Under the pieces are notes generated by a model that was not told the origin of the DNA, ran no database searches, and saw only the letters and a program-made list of their open reading frames with translations. Position numbers and translations under genes: made by a program. 64,000 bases of DNA from an uncultured virus (IMG/VR IMGVR_UViG_3300032214_001084) (lineage: Duplodnaviria > Heunggongvirae > Uroviricota > Caudoviricetes), in the IMG/VR virus record IMGVR_UViG_3300032214_001084. One strand, 5' to 3'. How positions within the stretch are numbered: position 1 is the first letter of the stretch; the number at the start of each line of letters is the position of its first letter. Shown here in pieces: positions 18,481-27,239 of the stretch.

Positions 18481-20025
18481 GTGGCACGCCGAAAAGGCTC
18501 AGATGACTTTGGCTGGGGGTCACACCAGCCTAAAAAGTCTAAGTTCGGCTTCTCTTCATTTGAAGGTGCAAGTACTGGGCATCAGCTGTCTACGCCGATG
18601 CCTTTCAAGCGAAAATTTAGACCTGACTTTAACTTAAAAGATTTCAGTATTCTGTATGACTATAACTACGCTTCCATGTGGACTAGGTGGCGTAGGGGGT
18701 ATGAATTGTATATGTACGCTAATCAAGCGTACGTTGGTTTAAATTACTCGTTCAGGTACTGGACTACAGGCACCGTGGGCGTTGGTGCTGCGCTGCCCGG
18801 CGTCTGTTACATGTACCCCTCAATGAGCCAAGACATGGCTATGAGGATGGTTGCGATACGCCCCAGAGATTCTTTTAACTTTCTCGACTTTGGTTACTCG
18901 ATTAAATCTGTAACAAAAACAAGTGGTACAACTTACGCTGTTGAACTTTCAAGTAACTTTGGGCCACCTATTTCATTCTTTACAGGCGAAATTCTCTCGG
19001 ATCGTTTCGCGGCAAACGGTACGGAGAAGACGACTTACAACAACTACGTAGTTATCGGTGTAGGTAACGGTACAACTCCAATTACTCCAGGATTTGCTCC
19101 AATATTTAACAGTATCTTTATTTCACTGGATACCAACAACAGCTGGTCTGTTATCGATAACGAGACATTAGCAGCACCTGCCGGGCTCCCCACCGTTGGT
19201 GACTATTTCACTACGGAAATGCGATTTGGGTGCAATTGCCCGGATTACCTAGCGCGTGAAGATTTTAATCTTTATGAATACAGTCTGAAACGAAAGTATC
19301 CTTATACGCTTCCTCAAGACTTAAAGCCAGGTCTATACGATGCGGGTAAAGATTTCTTAGCTTCTCGAACGGAAAACAGCCGAGATCTGCCTGGCTTCAC
19401 TCGTGATTTTGGTTTTTTGTATGTTAAAAGACTTTTAAACTTACCTAGTTATACAGACGGCAGCAAAGTTTATTCAGACCCTAACCTTATATATTTTGCA
19501 CCGAGATGGTGTAAGCATATTTACGCGTCGTTCTGGGATATGCAGAATAGATTTGGGACGGACATGTTCCCGCCAGCGTGGCTCGCTCAACCTACTGATG
19601 AGCCTATGGACGATAAGTACAGAGAATTTTTTGATTTGAACTTAGCTAAACAAACGACATTTGAGAAAAGACAACAACATCTTCGCTGGTGGGAGAAGTA
19701 TTCTCCTTCCAAAAATACGGTGCCGGTACACATGATGTATCCTGATATGCACCCTACTATGGTAAAAACTCTTAACTTTGACACATTAGCTTCAGGCACT
19801 AGTACAGCTATGACTGCTAGTGGTTTTGAGATGTTTACGATTGATCAGTATGATCCGTTTGCTCCTCCCGACCCAGATGTAACTCCTAAGTTAGATGGTG
19901 GTACATACAGTAACGGTGTTCTTGTCAGTGGAGCCTCTTTAATTTATGACGGAGGTAGCTACGCAAACGGTAACTTAATACCGTATCCTTCTCTTCCTTC
20001 TTTGATAAACGGAGGCGTTTACTGA
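18481..20025 (+). CDS. SWIM-type Zn-finger-containing protein
   Basis: FGCNCPDY ... WCKHIYA; C-terminal DGGxYxNG repeats. Confidence 0.55.
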   Translation: MARRKGSDDFGWGSHQPKKSKFGFSSFEGASTGHQLSTPMPFKRKFRPDFNLKDFSILYDYNYASMWTRWRRGYELYMYANQAYVGLNYSFRYWTTGTVGVGAALPGVCYMYPSMSQDMAMRMVAIRPRDSFNFLDFGYSIKSVTKTSGTTYAVELSSNFGPPISFFTGEILSDRFAANGTEKTTYNNYVVIGVGNGTTPITPGFAPIFNSIFISLDTNNSWSVIDNETLAAPAGLPTVGDYFTTEMRFGCNCPDYLAREDFNLYEYSLKRKYPYTLPQDLKPGLYDAGKDFLASRTENSRDLPGFTRDFGFLYVKRLLNLPSYTDGSKVYSDPNLIYFAPRWCKHIYASFWDMQNRFGTDMFPPAWLAQPTDEPMDDKYREFFDLNLAKQTTFEKRQQHLRWWEKYSPSKNTVPVHMMYPDMHPTMVKTLNFDTLASGTSTAMTASGFEMFTIDQYDPFAPPDPDVTPKLDGGTYSNGVLVSGASLIYDGGSYANGNLIPYPSLPSLINGGVY

Positions 20026-20672
20026 TGGCTTCAACACCTGTAATTCTTCTTTCTAAGCGTAGCGGTAACTCATCAGATCGACCTAACGCCGCCACGGTTC
20101 AGGCCGGTGAGATTGCTATGTCCTTTGGGGCGGCGGATCCAGGTCTGTATTTCAAAGATTCTGCCGGATCGATTAGAAAGTTTGGATCAAATCACTACGG
20201 AACTACCGCTCCCAACTCCAGTCCACTTGGTTCGCCAGGTAACTCAGTAGGAGAGTTGTGGACAGATTCTTCAACTAGTAATTACTATCTCCGTGTTTGG
20301 ACTGGCGCTGCTTGGCAGAAGGTCGGTGTCGGTTTTGCTGACACTGCTAACTCTGCCAATACCGCAGTTACGGCCAATAGTGCAGCAACAGCAACCGTGG
20401 CTAATTCAGCCATCGTCGCAAGTGGAGCTCTATCAGCTGTAATTGCCAGCGGTTCTCTGTCAGCTGTTATCGCTAGTGGCGCATTATCCGCTGTAGTCGC
20501 TAGTGGTTCGATCTCTGCTGTTATCTCTAGTGGTTCACTTTCAGCAATAGTTGCTAGCGGCATCGCCGTTGTTACGGCATTGCCTGCCGCATCCACCGGC
20601 TCCCTTGTTTATTTGAATGCCGGCACTAGCGGTCTGTATGTTTCAGCTAACGGCGGCTGGATTCTCACATAG
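20025..20672 (+). CDS. short fibre/appendage protein
   Basis: N-terminal 'KRSG...RP...GEIA....PGLYFKD' fibre attachment-type domain, GELWTD..LRVW, and 9-aa ASG repeats. Confidence 0.65.
   Translation: MASTPVILLSKRSGNSSDRPNAATVQAGEIAMSFGAADPGLYFKDSAGSIRKFGSNHYGTTAPNSSPLGSPGNSVGELWTDSSTSNYYLRVWTGAAWQKVGVGFADTANSANTAVTANSAATATVANSAIVASGALSAVIASGSLSAVIASGALSAVVASGSISAVISSGSLSAIVASGIAVVTALPAASTGSLVYLNAGTSGLYVSANGGWILT
20406..20561 (+). repeat. six 27-nt (9-aa) repeats SA[IV][IV][AS]SG[AS][LI]
   Basis: Protein-level repeat with synonymously diverged codons. Confidence 0.8.
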
Positions 20673-21207
20673 AGCCACGCAGCGTGGCCTTCATCATCCA
20701 AGCTCCCTTGAATAAGTTGCCGCAGATCTCAGCTGCATAATTTTCGACATCCGGTGCACCTGTCTGGCGTGCAGCTTCAGTGAGATCTTTTGCCATCATG
20801 GCGCCTGCCTCTAGATTTTTAGTGTAGAGAGTAAGACCCTCGCGAGCGTCGTATGTTTTAACGGCAGGAAACTTTTTAAAGGCGTCGAATAGACCACATT
20901 GACACATAGGCATAAGATAGTCCATGCTGCGCACCAGCTCAGCCACAGTGTCAAAGTCAGAAGTATGTTGCTGATACTGTTCTTTTAAGAATTCGTGAAT
21001 CGCCAAGAAGTTAGAGCACTCGACGTTTAGATGCAAAAGGTGAGCTTGTATGTTTAATTGATATAAATAAGAGGCAAAGGAGACCATCTGATAAACGAGG
21101 TTATCAGGCGTGGCCTCCTTTGTGATAACGACCTCCTCCTTAATAACTTCTTGCTTGGGCGCCTCAGAGGCGTTTTGAAAGATGTCAGCTAAAGAGGAGG
21201 TGTTCAT
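20665..21207 (-). CDS. dps: Dps/ferritin-like protein
   Basis: HLNV.....F.AIHEFL.EQY......DTVAE and C-terminal K.AWM; the H, H, D, E ferroxidase ligands appear present. Confidence 0.72.
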   Translation of the reverse strand: MNTSSLADIFQNASEAPKQEVIKEEVVITKEATPDNLVYQMVSFASYLYQLNIQAHLLHLNVECSNFLAIHEFLKEQYQQHTSDFDTVAELVRSMDYLMPMCQCGLFDAFKKFPAVKTYDAREGLTLYTKNLEAGAMMAKDLTEAARQTGAPDVENYAAEICGNLFKGAWMMKATLRGSM

Positions 21208-21216
21208 TGTCGGCTA

Positions 21217-21468
21217 TCAGACAGCACAAGCAGCGCTTTCTTCTACTTTAGCCTCTTCCTCCGCAGAGTTCAGATAAGCCTCCAGAGCATCTTTGTTGAT
21301 GCGGTACAGGGACTTTGCACCATTTGGTTGCAGATTGACGAAGATGCCTTTGGGCCAGCCACCGGGTTGGTTGGACTCAGTGAGAGAAATACGCTTACGT
21401 ACAAAGCCTGCAGAGCAGTTCAGCAGCTCAGCGGTCTGGGCGATGGTCAAGAGCCTTGCGGATTCCAT
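21217..21468 (-). CDS. excisionase/MerR-like HTH DNA-binding protein
   Basis: LLTIAQTAELLNCS..FVRK...YRINKDALEAYL. Confidence 0.65.
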   Translation of the reverse strand: MESARLLTIAQTAELLNCSAGFVRKRISLTESNQPGGWPKGIFVNLQPNGAKSLYRINKDALEAYLNSAEEEAKVEESAACAV

Positions 21469-21603
21469 TTAATTTGGCGTTGTGAATGAAGACAACGCGA
21501 AAAGGTTAGCAGGAATCTTCATGAAGGGAATCTGTGAATGCTGTCTTAAGGTTAATTTTAGGTTTCGACCCAGTAGACTGAGTAGACGCACTGGACAAGC
21601 CTC

Positions 21604-21852
21604 GTGACCATACGGATTGCTGGAGAGGTTTTTAAAGGCTACAACCAGCCTCGTCGTGACTCGGATGGAGGCAAGAAGTTTGCCGTGGCCGCGAAAGAAG
21701 GCGACCAAGTTCGTCTTGTTCGTTTTGGGGACCCGAATATGACTATCAAGAAACATATACCAGAACGTCGTGAAAACTTTAGAGCACGTCACAACTGTGA
21801 CAACCCTGGGAGCAAGTTAAAAGCACGTTACTGGAGTTGTCGAGCTTGGTAA
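21604..21852 (+). CDS. conserved small basic phage protein
   Basis: KKFAV...LVRFGDPNMTIKK..PERR.NFRARH.C...ARYWSC motif. Confidence 0.7.
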   Translation: MTIRIAGEVFKGYNQPRRDSDGGKKFAVAAKEGDQVRLVRFGDPNMTIKKHIPERRENFRARHNCDNPGSKLKARYWSCRAW

Positions 21853-21906
21853 GTTTGAGCGAATATTATAATTTGTCTTAGACTTTTTGTAGACGCAAAT
21901 CCAGCG

Positions 21907-22146
21907 GTGAAAGAGGAGCATGGCCAGCTGCGGGTCGGCTTGACACTTGAAGACGACTTCACTCTTACGCGCCTTAAGAACGCTGCGCAACAACTGAAGG
22001 GTGAAGCACGCGATCAGTACCTCTGGAAAACTATTTTTAAATTTGTGTGTCGTGAGCGAGCGTTTAAGTCGGTCATGGAAGAGATAGGCGTTGTGATTGA
22101 CACTAATGTCGATATTTTTGAAGATTTAACAGAGGAGAAGGATTAA
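21907..22146 (+). CDS. divergent NblA-like protein
   Basis: LTLEDDFTL.RL...AQQL..EARDQYL......VCRE..FKSVM aligns by eye to the NblA pattern L[ST]LEQ.F... Confidence 0.45.
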   Translation: MKEEHGQLRVGLTLEDDFTLTRLKNAAQQLKGEARDQYLWKTIFKFVCRERAFKSVMEEIGVVIDTNVDIFEDLTEEKD

Positions 22147-22177
22147 ATTAGTTAGTACTGGAGGTCTTACAAATACA

Positions 22178-23050
22178 ATGTCTCAGACAAGAGCTCTGCT
22201 GGAATCCTGGCAACAGCAAAACCCAGGATTATTCAGGGGTCTTCAGCAGGCTCTAAGTCGGGCGGAAGGTACTTGGCGAGGTAACGCACCTGGTTACAAC
22301 ATCCTTTTTGGTGGAGGACAGTTCAACGATTATTCAAGGCACCCGGACAAAGTAATCAAATCGCCGGGAGGTTACGCCAGCGCGGCTGCAGGCGCCTACC
22401 AGTTCATGCCGGGCACGTATCAAGAGGTTGCTAGGCAGTTGGGGTTAAAAGATTTCAGTCCTGAAAGCCAGGACTTAGCCATGCTGTACAAGGTCCGACA
22501 GCGGCTGATGCCGGTAGGAGGCTTAGCAGCGCTCACCAAGGAAGGCACACTTAGTCCAGCGCTGCAGGATTATTTGGCGCCTGAGTGGGCGTCGATCCCC
22601 ACGGCGGAGGGAGGGAGTTTTTACGGCCAACCGGTCAAACGCTCGTCACAGGTCTCCGCGTGGTTTGACGAAGGAGCTCGAAACGCGTCAAAAGGTCCCG
22701 CGCCTACTGCTGCTAAACCTTCTACAGCGCAGGATAAGGCTACGGGTTTATTGAATAAATTTATAAACCTATTAGGTATAACTGGAGCTTTGCAACAGCT
22801 TGGTCCACAGTCCTCGACACAGCGTCCTGAGTTTATTGATTACTCCGAAAAAAACACGGCCCCTGACCCTGGTGCGGAGCTTCTGCTTGACCTTTATAAA
22901 ACTCAACGCCGCGATGAGAATATCCAGCAATTGGCTGAAGAAGAGGCTGCTGTTCAATTAAGGAGAAATCAAACTGCTATTCAACAAGCGCAAGCTCAAT
23001 TGCTTGCTCAGGCTTTGAGTTCTTTTGGAGCTCCTAAGTCAGTTATTTAA
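22178..23050 (+). CDS. virion-associated lytic transglycosylase (lambda R/GH104-like) with helical tail
   Basis: AEGT...YNILFGG..F.DYSRHP...SAAAGAYQF...DFSPESQD...EWASIP...YGQP. Confidence 0.85.
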   Translation: MSQTRALLESWQQQNPGLFRGLQQALSRAEGTWRGNAPGYNILFGGGQFNDYSRHPDKVIKSPGGYASAAAGAYQFMPGTYQEVARQLGLKDFSPESQDLAMLYKVRQRLMPVGGLAALTKEGTLSPALQDYLAPEWASIPTAEGGSFYGQPVKRSSQVSAWFDEGARNASKGPAPTAAKPSTAQDKATGLLNKFINLLGITGALQQLGPQSSTQRPEFIDYSEKNTAPDPGAELLLDLYKTQRRDENIQQLAEEEAAVQLRRNQTAIQQAQAQLLAQALSSFGAPKSVI

Positions 23051-23081
23051 ACGTATAATCGATATAAGAAGCTAAAAGTTA

Positions 23082-23390
23082 GTGAACTCCTTTTTAGGTG
23101 GCGCTGTTGGGTTTGGCTCTGACGTTCCCGATTATGGTTCCATTGGACCTGGGTATACAGGAGACTACTTCGGGTCTTCCCCTACTGGGGGAACCTCTGG
23201 CGGATCTTTTCTGCAAGATTTAGGCCGTGGGATTTTAGGCGGCCTTAGCAGCCTAGGTTCGAGCCCGGCTGGATATGGTGCAGCACCAACTAGCGCAGGT
23301 GGCGGATACACCGATCAGACAAAACAAAATATGCAAAATCTCTTAGCCATGGCGCTTCGCTCTTTCCCCACCCCCAGATCTGTGATCTGA
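23082..23390 (+). CDS. Gly-rich hypothetical protein, possible internal virion protein
   Basis: TATAAT box at 23054; C-terminus resembles that of the upstream gene. Confidence 0.55.
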   Translation: MNSFLGGAVGFGSDVPDYGSIGPGYTGDYFGSSPTGGTSGGSFLQDLGRGILGGLSSLGSSPAGYGAAPTSAGGGYTDQTKQNMQNLLAMALRSFPTPRSVI

Positions 23391-23420
23391 GTAGTTCTCT
23401 AAAACTTCGAGTTACGACCG

Positions 23421-24260
23421 ATGCCTGTTTCTCTCCCCGCTTACTACGACTGGTCTTCAACTAAGGCTCCCAGTGGCCCTTTTGGTGTAGAGCCTATTCC
23501 TGGCTCTGAGACTGTCCTGAGTAATCTCAGTGGACAAGGTGCTTTCGGTGAAGGTGGAGCCGTAAATCCGTTTGGCAGTTTTGGTCAGACTGCTAACAAT
23601 TTATCGAATGTATTCAGGTTAGCCGGAGACTTAGGTAGTCTTTTTAGCCCTGTGTATGACACACAGCAGTCTATAAAAGACCTAAAAAATATGAGGAAGC
23701 AGGAAACAAAGAGATTTAATCGTACAGTCGCTGATATTTATCCCGAACTAACCGGGTTAACAGGCGAAGAAGCTTTAGGTCAGTACTATAAAGAATTTGC
23801 GGACACGGCATCTAAGATATCTCAAGCAGGACGTTATGATTTAAATGTAGATCCTGACATTTCTAAGCAGTACAATCAACTACAGACGCGTGTTCAAGAT
23901 ATACAAAATCAATATTCATTGTCTGGCCGTTTAGGTGGATATGATCGCTTGGCGCTAGATCCACCCGTGGTGACTATGGATGTCGGTTCACTACGTGGAA
24001 GCACTCAATGGGGGTCGCCTGAAATTGCGGCTCAATACAATTCACTTATCGACTACAGCGGTCCACAGACGTCTAGCTTTATCTACGGCTCGAATAGGCC
24101 CAGGGAGACTTATAAAATCCCTGATCGCTATGCTGCTCTTGAAGATCCTCGGATGGCTGCCTTAGTTTATGGTGGGGATAAAACAGCTGATGCCATTGGG
24201 CGGTACTACAACACCAGTGGCGATGTAGCAGGCTTAATGAACTACGGAAGCGTGTCCTGA
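23421..24260 (+). CDS. hypothetical protein, possible internal virion protein
   Basis: 279-aa ORF in the same cluster. Confidence 0.55.
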   Translation: MPVSLPAYYDWSSTKAPSGPFGVEPIPGSETVLSNLSGQGAFGEGGAVNPFGSFGQTANNLSNVFRLAGDLGSLFSPVYDTQQSIKDLKNMRKQETKRFNRTVADIYPELTGLTGEEALGQYYKEFADTASKISQAGRYDLNVDPDISKQYNQLQTRVQDIQNQYSLSGRLGGYDRLALDPPVVTMDVGSLRGSTQWGSPEIAAQYNSLIDYSGPQTSSFIYGSNRPRETYKIPDRYAALEDPRMAALVYGGDKTADAIGRYYNTSGDVAGLMNYGSVS

Positions 24261-24553
24261 TGAGCGATTTCCGGCGTTCACAATCTGAGAGACGTGCGGA
24301 ATCTTTCGGTCAAAGGAGATTACATCACGTCGATCGAGAGCCAAAGTTTCATCGATTGGCTGGAGAAATTTTTGGGGTTGAGTCTCGGGAAAGGGCTCGT
24401 CAACAGAACAGAGAAGTTCGCTCACGTTTGCAAGCTTCACGCCCCGTGGGCGTAGGTTTTGGTGAAAAAGATAATTATGGACCAGATGATTCTTGGGACA
24501 CGAAAGACCCCATTAAACATACACCCTCCCCAAATTACTATAATGTTCGATAA
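24260..24553 (+). CDS. small Arg-rich hypothetical protein
   Basis: TGATG coupling to the upstream ORF. Confidence 0.5.
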   Translation: MSDFRRSQSERRAESFGQRRLHHVDREPKFHRLAGEIFGVESRERARQQNREVRSRLQASRPVGVGFGEKDNYGPDDSWDTKDPIKHTPSPNYYNVR

Positions 24554-25103
24554 ATTGTTTAACGCTTACCTCGTAATTTAGTTGCGGCGGTAAGTAATAT
24601 AAGAATCCAAATACTTTAGATTTAACAACACTTAAATCCTGTTCTCTGATTAGTGTTGGTTTTTCTGCTAACACACACAGCGGAAAGTCGAATCCAATCT
24701 TTTGAGTGACTAGCAACGCGACTTCAGTGGAAGTTAAAAATATTATTGCTTGTCCAAGTTCGTTACGTAACCACTTCTGATAACACAGTTCTAACCAAAC
24801 ACGCTGCGCTGACTTTTTGAACCTTAATGATTTTTCGAACAACTTTATATTTTTTGGTTGCTCGTCTCCCGATAAAACACTTCTAGGAGGGTATAGATAA
24901 ACTTTATTTGCTTTCCACGGTTGGATTAAACCGTTTTCACGCCAAGTGAAGAAACGATCAGCTTGGACTATCGAGTTGGCGGATTGACTAGACGCAGGAT
25001 CTAAATCTATCGAACCTCCGAAGAAAGCCGCTGTGGTAGCAACTACTTCTGGAGGAGATATAAAGTCAGCATCAGTAAATGAGACCGTTTGAATATTCAT
25101 CAA
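24513..25103 (-). CDS. phage Dam-like N6-adenine methyltransferase homologue with altered motif IV
   Basis: IDLDPASS..AN......FFT..ENGL.QPW...VYLYPP; YPPR where NPPY is expected. Confidence 0.6.
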   Translation of the reverse strand: MMNIQTVSFTDADFISPPEVVATTAAFFGGSIDLDPASSQSANSIVQADRFFTWRENGLIQPWKANKVYLYPPRSVLSGDEQPKNIKLFEKSLRFKKSAQRVWLELCYQKWLRNELGQAIIFLTSTEVALLVTQKIGFDFPLCVLAEKPTLIREQDLSVVKSKVFGFLYYLPPQLNYEVSVKQFIEHYSNLGRVYV

Positions 25104-25491
25104 TTTTTTTATTGGCTTCTTTTGGATCTACAAGATGAACACAGATTTCACTTGACTGAACCATAGCAATAAGAGCAAGATCTGATTCTGACTCTTTTTC
25201 GATAACGCGAATGATCTTGCTAAACAGAGCTTCAGCCTTCTCGTCCATACCTTCTTGAGCGACTGCTAAGTCATTCTCAAGATCTGACTTCGTTAAATAC
25301 TTTGAGGTCTCCGGGTTTTCTGGATTAAATACAAGGATTCCTTCACCGAGAGCCGCTCGGTTCTCAAAATAGAGCCGAGTCATATCTGATAGGATGGTAC
25401 GAACGACACCAGCGCTAATCATGCGCTCTGTTTCGTTGCCACTGAACAGATTCTTAATAAGCGCTGCGGCGCCTCGTGACAAATCAGACAT
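25072..25491 (-). CDS. hypothetical protein
   Basis: ATG at 25491 (MSDLSRG) overlaps the upstream stop; more plausible than the longer track ORF. Confidence 0.55.
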   Translation of the reverse strand: MSDLSRGAAALIKNLFSGNETERMISAGVVRTILSDMTRLYFENRAALGEGILVFNPENPETSKYLTKSDLENDLAVAQEGMDEKAEALFSKIIRVIEKESESDLALIAMVQSSEICVHLVDPKEANKKIDEYSNGLIY

Positions 25492-25804
25492 AGGTAAAAT
25501 TGCTCCAGGCTGCCTGCGTGATCGCGTGGATATCGTATAAGAACTTAGACGAATTTCGTTCAGTTGGGTCTGTCTTGCAGAAGTGACGACCTTCCACGAG
25601 TCCTGACTCACCTTTGGATGCAATCCCTTGATGGATAAGTTTGTCGATCGTTACAGCTGGAACATTAAGTCTTTGGCTAACGATCTTCTTTGAGACGAAA
25701 GCGCTAGTAATCTTGCCTCCCTTTTGAGCGACAAGAAGTTGAAGTGAAGCCTCAATGCTGTTGAGGGCGTCGCGGATGTCTTTAATTTCGCGTGTGATGT
25801 CCAT
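25484..25804 (-). CDS. putative HTH DNA-binding protein
   Basis: VSQRLNVPAVTIDKLI...LVEGRHF...FLYDI, an Xis-like pattern. Confidence 0.5.
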   Translation of the reverse strand: MDITREIKDIRDALNSIEASLQLLVAQKGGKITSAFVSKKIVSQRLNVPAVTIDKLIHQGIASKGESGLVEGRHFCKTDPTERNSSKFLYDIHAITQAAWSNFTYV

Positions 25805-25937
25805 AAGGTAATAGGTGGGGGAGCCGCCAAACCACCAGGCGCCTGGCAGTTTAGATCACTCACAGCTTCAGGGAAAGGAAGAAAACCCGAAGCACTCCCC
25901 GTATGCCAGCTTCGTTCCTTCTTGCCCGCTGACTTAT

Positions 25938-26390
25938 CTATTGTAAGAGTGCTTTTGCTTTTGTCTCGAAGTCGGAAGGGTCCTCAATCAGCAGCTCGAT
26001 CAGCTTATCAAGTTTTCCAGGGCTGTCAAGCTCACGACGTTCATTCTTAATCAACCAATATGTATATGCGTTTAACAGGTAATAATGTGTTTGTTTTGCT
26101 TTAAGCGCACCAACTTTCCACTTTTCGTAGTCAAAAGCGCTGCTGTGTCGTGAATTACCAGTTTTTAGCTCGAGTTCACGAATTTCAATCTGAAGCTCAA
26201 TGTCTCGAATGGTGTATTCAAGTGAGCTAATTTTGGCCTCGCAGTCACGAGTGTCTTTAGGAGGTTGATTGTCCGTGTAGATCCAGGTCGGAAGGTTGTC
26301 GATCTTAAATTCGTCCTCCCAAAGACAAGGGCGGCGTAGCTCAGCCGTAGAGTTCGCCGAGTATGCGGTCGATGTGTACGTTGTAATCAC
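25938..26390 (-). CDS. hypothetical coiled-coil protein
   Basis: 150-aa ORF. Confidence 0.55.
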   Translation of the reverse strand: MITTYTSTAYSANSTAELRRPCLWEDEFKIDNLPTWIYTDNQPPKDTRDCEAKISSLEYTIRDIELQIEIRELELKTGNSRHSSAFDYEKWKVGALKAKQTHYYLLNAYTYWLIKNERRELDSPGKLDKLIELLIEDPSDFETKAKALLQ

Positions 26391-26742
26391 CGTTTAAACA
26401 GTAGAGAGTGTGGTGTTCAAATGCGACCCTGACTACAAGATCGAGTTGAGTGAGCCGTTTTAAATGATTTCTAACCGAGCTCGTTGACTGACCGACTTCC
26501 TCGGCAATCTCAGAAAGACTAGCAGGTTGGATAGCTTTTAAGTCAAGGATTAAGCCACTGTGGCGAGTAATCGCTTGGATTCGGCCCTGATGCCTTGGAT
26601 TGTGGAAAGAGATAACTTGATTTCGAATTTCTGAAGGATGACTCGCTGAGTGATTTTGGCAGATATACCGAGCTCCTGCAGGTGCAGGATCACTTTTTCG
26701 ATTTGAGGAGAAGCCTTCTGGTTGGGTGTTGGTGTTATGCAC
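26341..26742 (-). CDS. winged-HTH regulator (start uncertain)
   Basis: SLSEIAEEVGQSTSSVRNHLKRLTQLDLVVR. Confidence 0.6.
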   Translation of the reverse strand: MHNTNTQPEGFSSNRKSDPAPAGARYICQNHSASHPSEIRNQVISFHNPRHQGRIQAITRHSGLILDLKAIQPASLSEIAEEVGQSTSSVRNHLKRLTQLDLVVRVAFEHHTLYCLNGDYNVHIDRILGELYG

Positions 26743-27239
26743 AAGTGGTATGGGTTTATACAGAATGGATTAGAGCACCTGGAGCGCACGAAGTCACTTG
26801 ATCTTAGTTTTGTCTTAAAGAACGCCTCGTAAACGAAGCGGCGAGTACGGGTCGACTGGCCGTCATCCTCGCTGTACGTGAAGCCTCGGTCCTCGGGGTA
26901 CTCCAAGTGAGCTTCACGATCAATCAGAGGGCGGTTGCGCTCCAGCCATGCGTGAAATCGTGCGGCACGACTGGAGCAAGCAGACAGCTCGCTTCGGCAG
27001 ACCTCGCAGGCTTGCACCAGATCATGCGGCAGCCGGACGCGTTTGCGGAACTCAGCAGGCACCAGGAGCGGTTCTGAGCGCCCGCAGAGGCAGCGCCATA
27101 CAGACAGGTCTTGGTGGTGCTCGATTCGCCAGTGACCTTGATGCTCGACTGTCTCAGGAGCCCCCGTGGGAGCCCTGAGCCCGCTGTCGTCAAGGTCAAG
27201 CAGTCCCAGAAGCGCTACTGCTCTTAGGTTCATGCCCAT
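26550..27239 (-). CDS. Zn-binding His-Me-finger (HNH_3-like) protein with C-terminal HTH
   Basis: WRCLCG, CEVC, RRFVYE...CSNPFCINPYHL. Confidence 0.6.
   Translation of the reverse strand: MGMNLRAVALLGLLDLDDSGLRAPTGAPETVEHQGHWRIEHHQDLSVWRCLCGRSEPLLVPAEFRKRVRLPHDLVQACEVCRSELSACSSRAARFHAWLERNRPLIDREAHLEYPEDRGFTYSEDDGQSTRTRRFVYEAFFKTKLRSSDFVRSRCSNPFCINPYHLCITPTPNQKASPQIEKVILHLQELGISAKITQRVILQKFEIKLSLSTIQGIRAESKRLLATVA

Noticed and set aside
21217..21468. Excisionase implying a lysogeny module
   Set aside because: No integrase, repressor pair or att site recognisable in this window; treated as a generic HTH.
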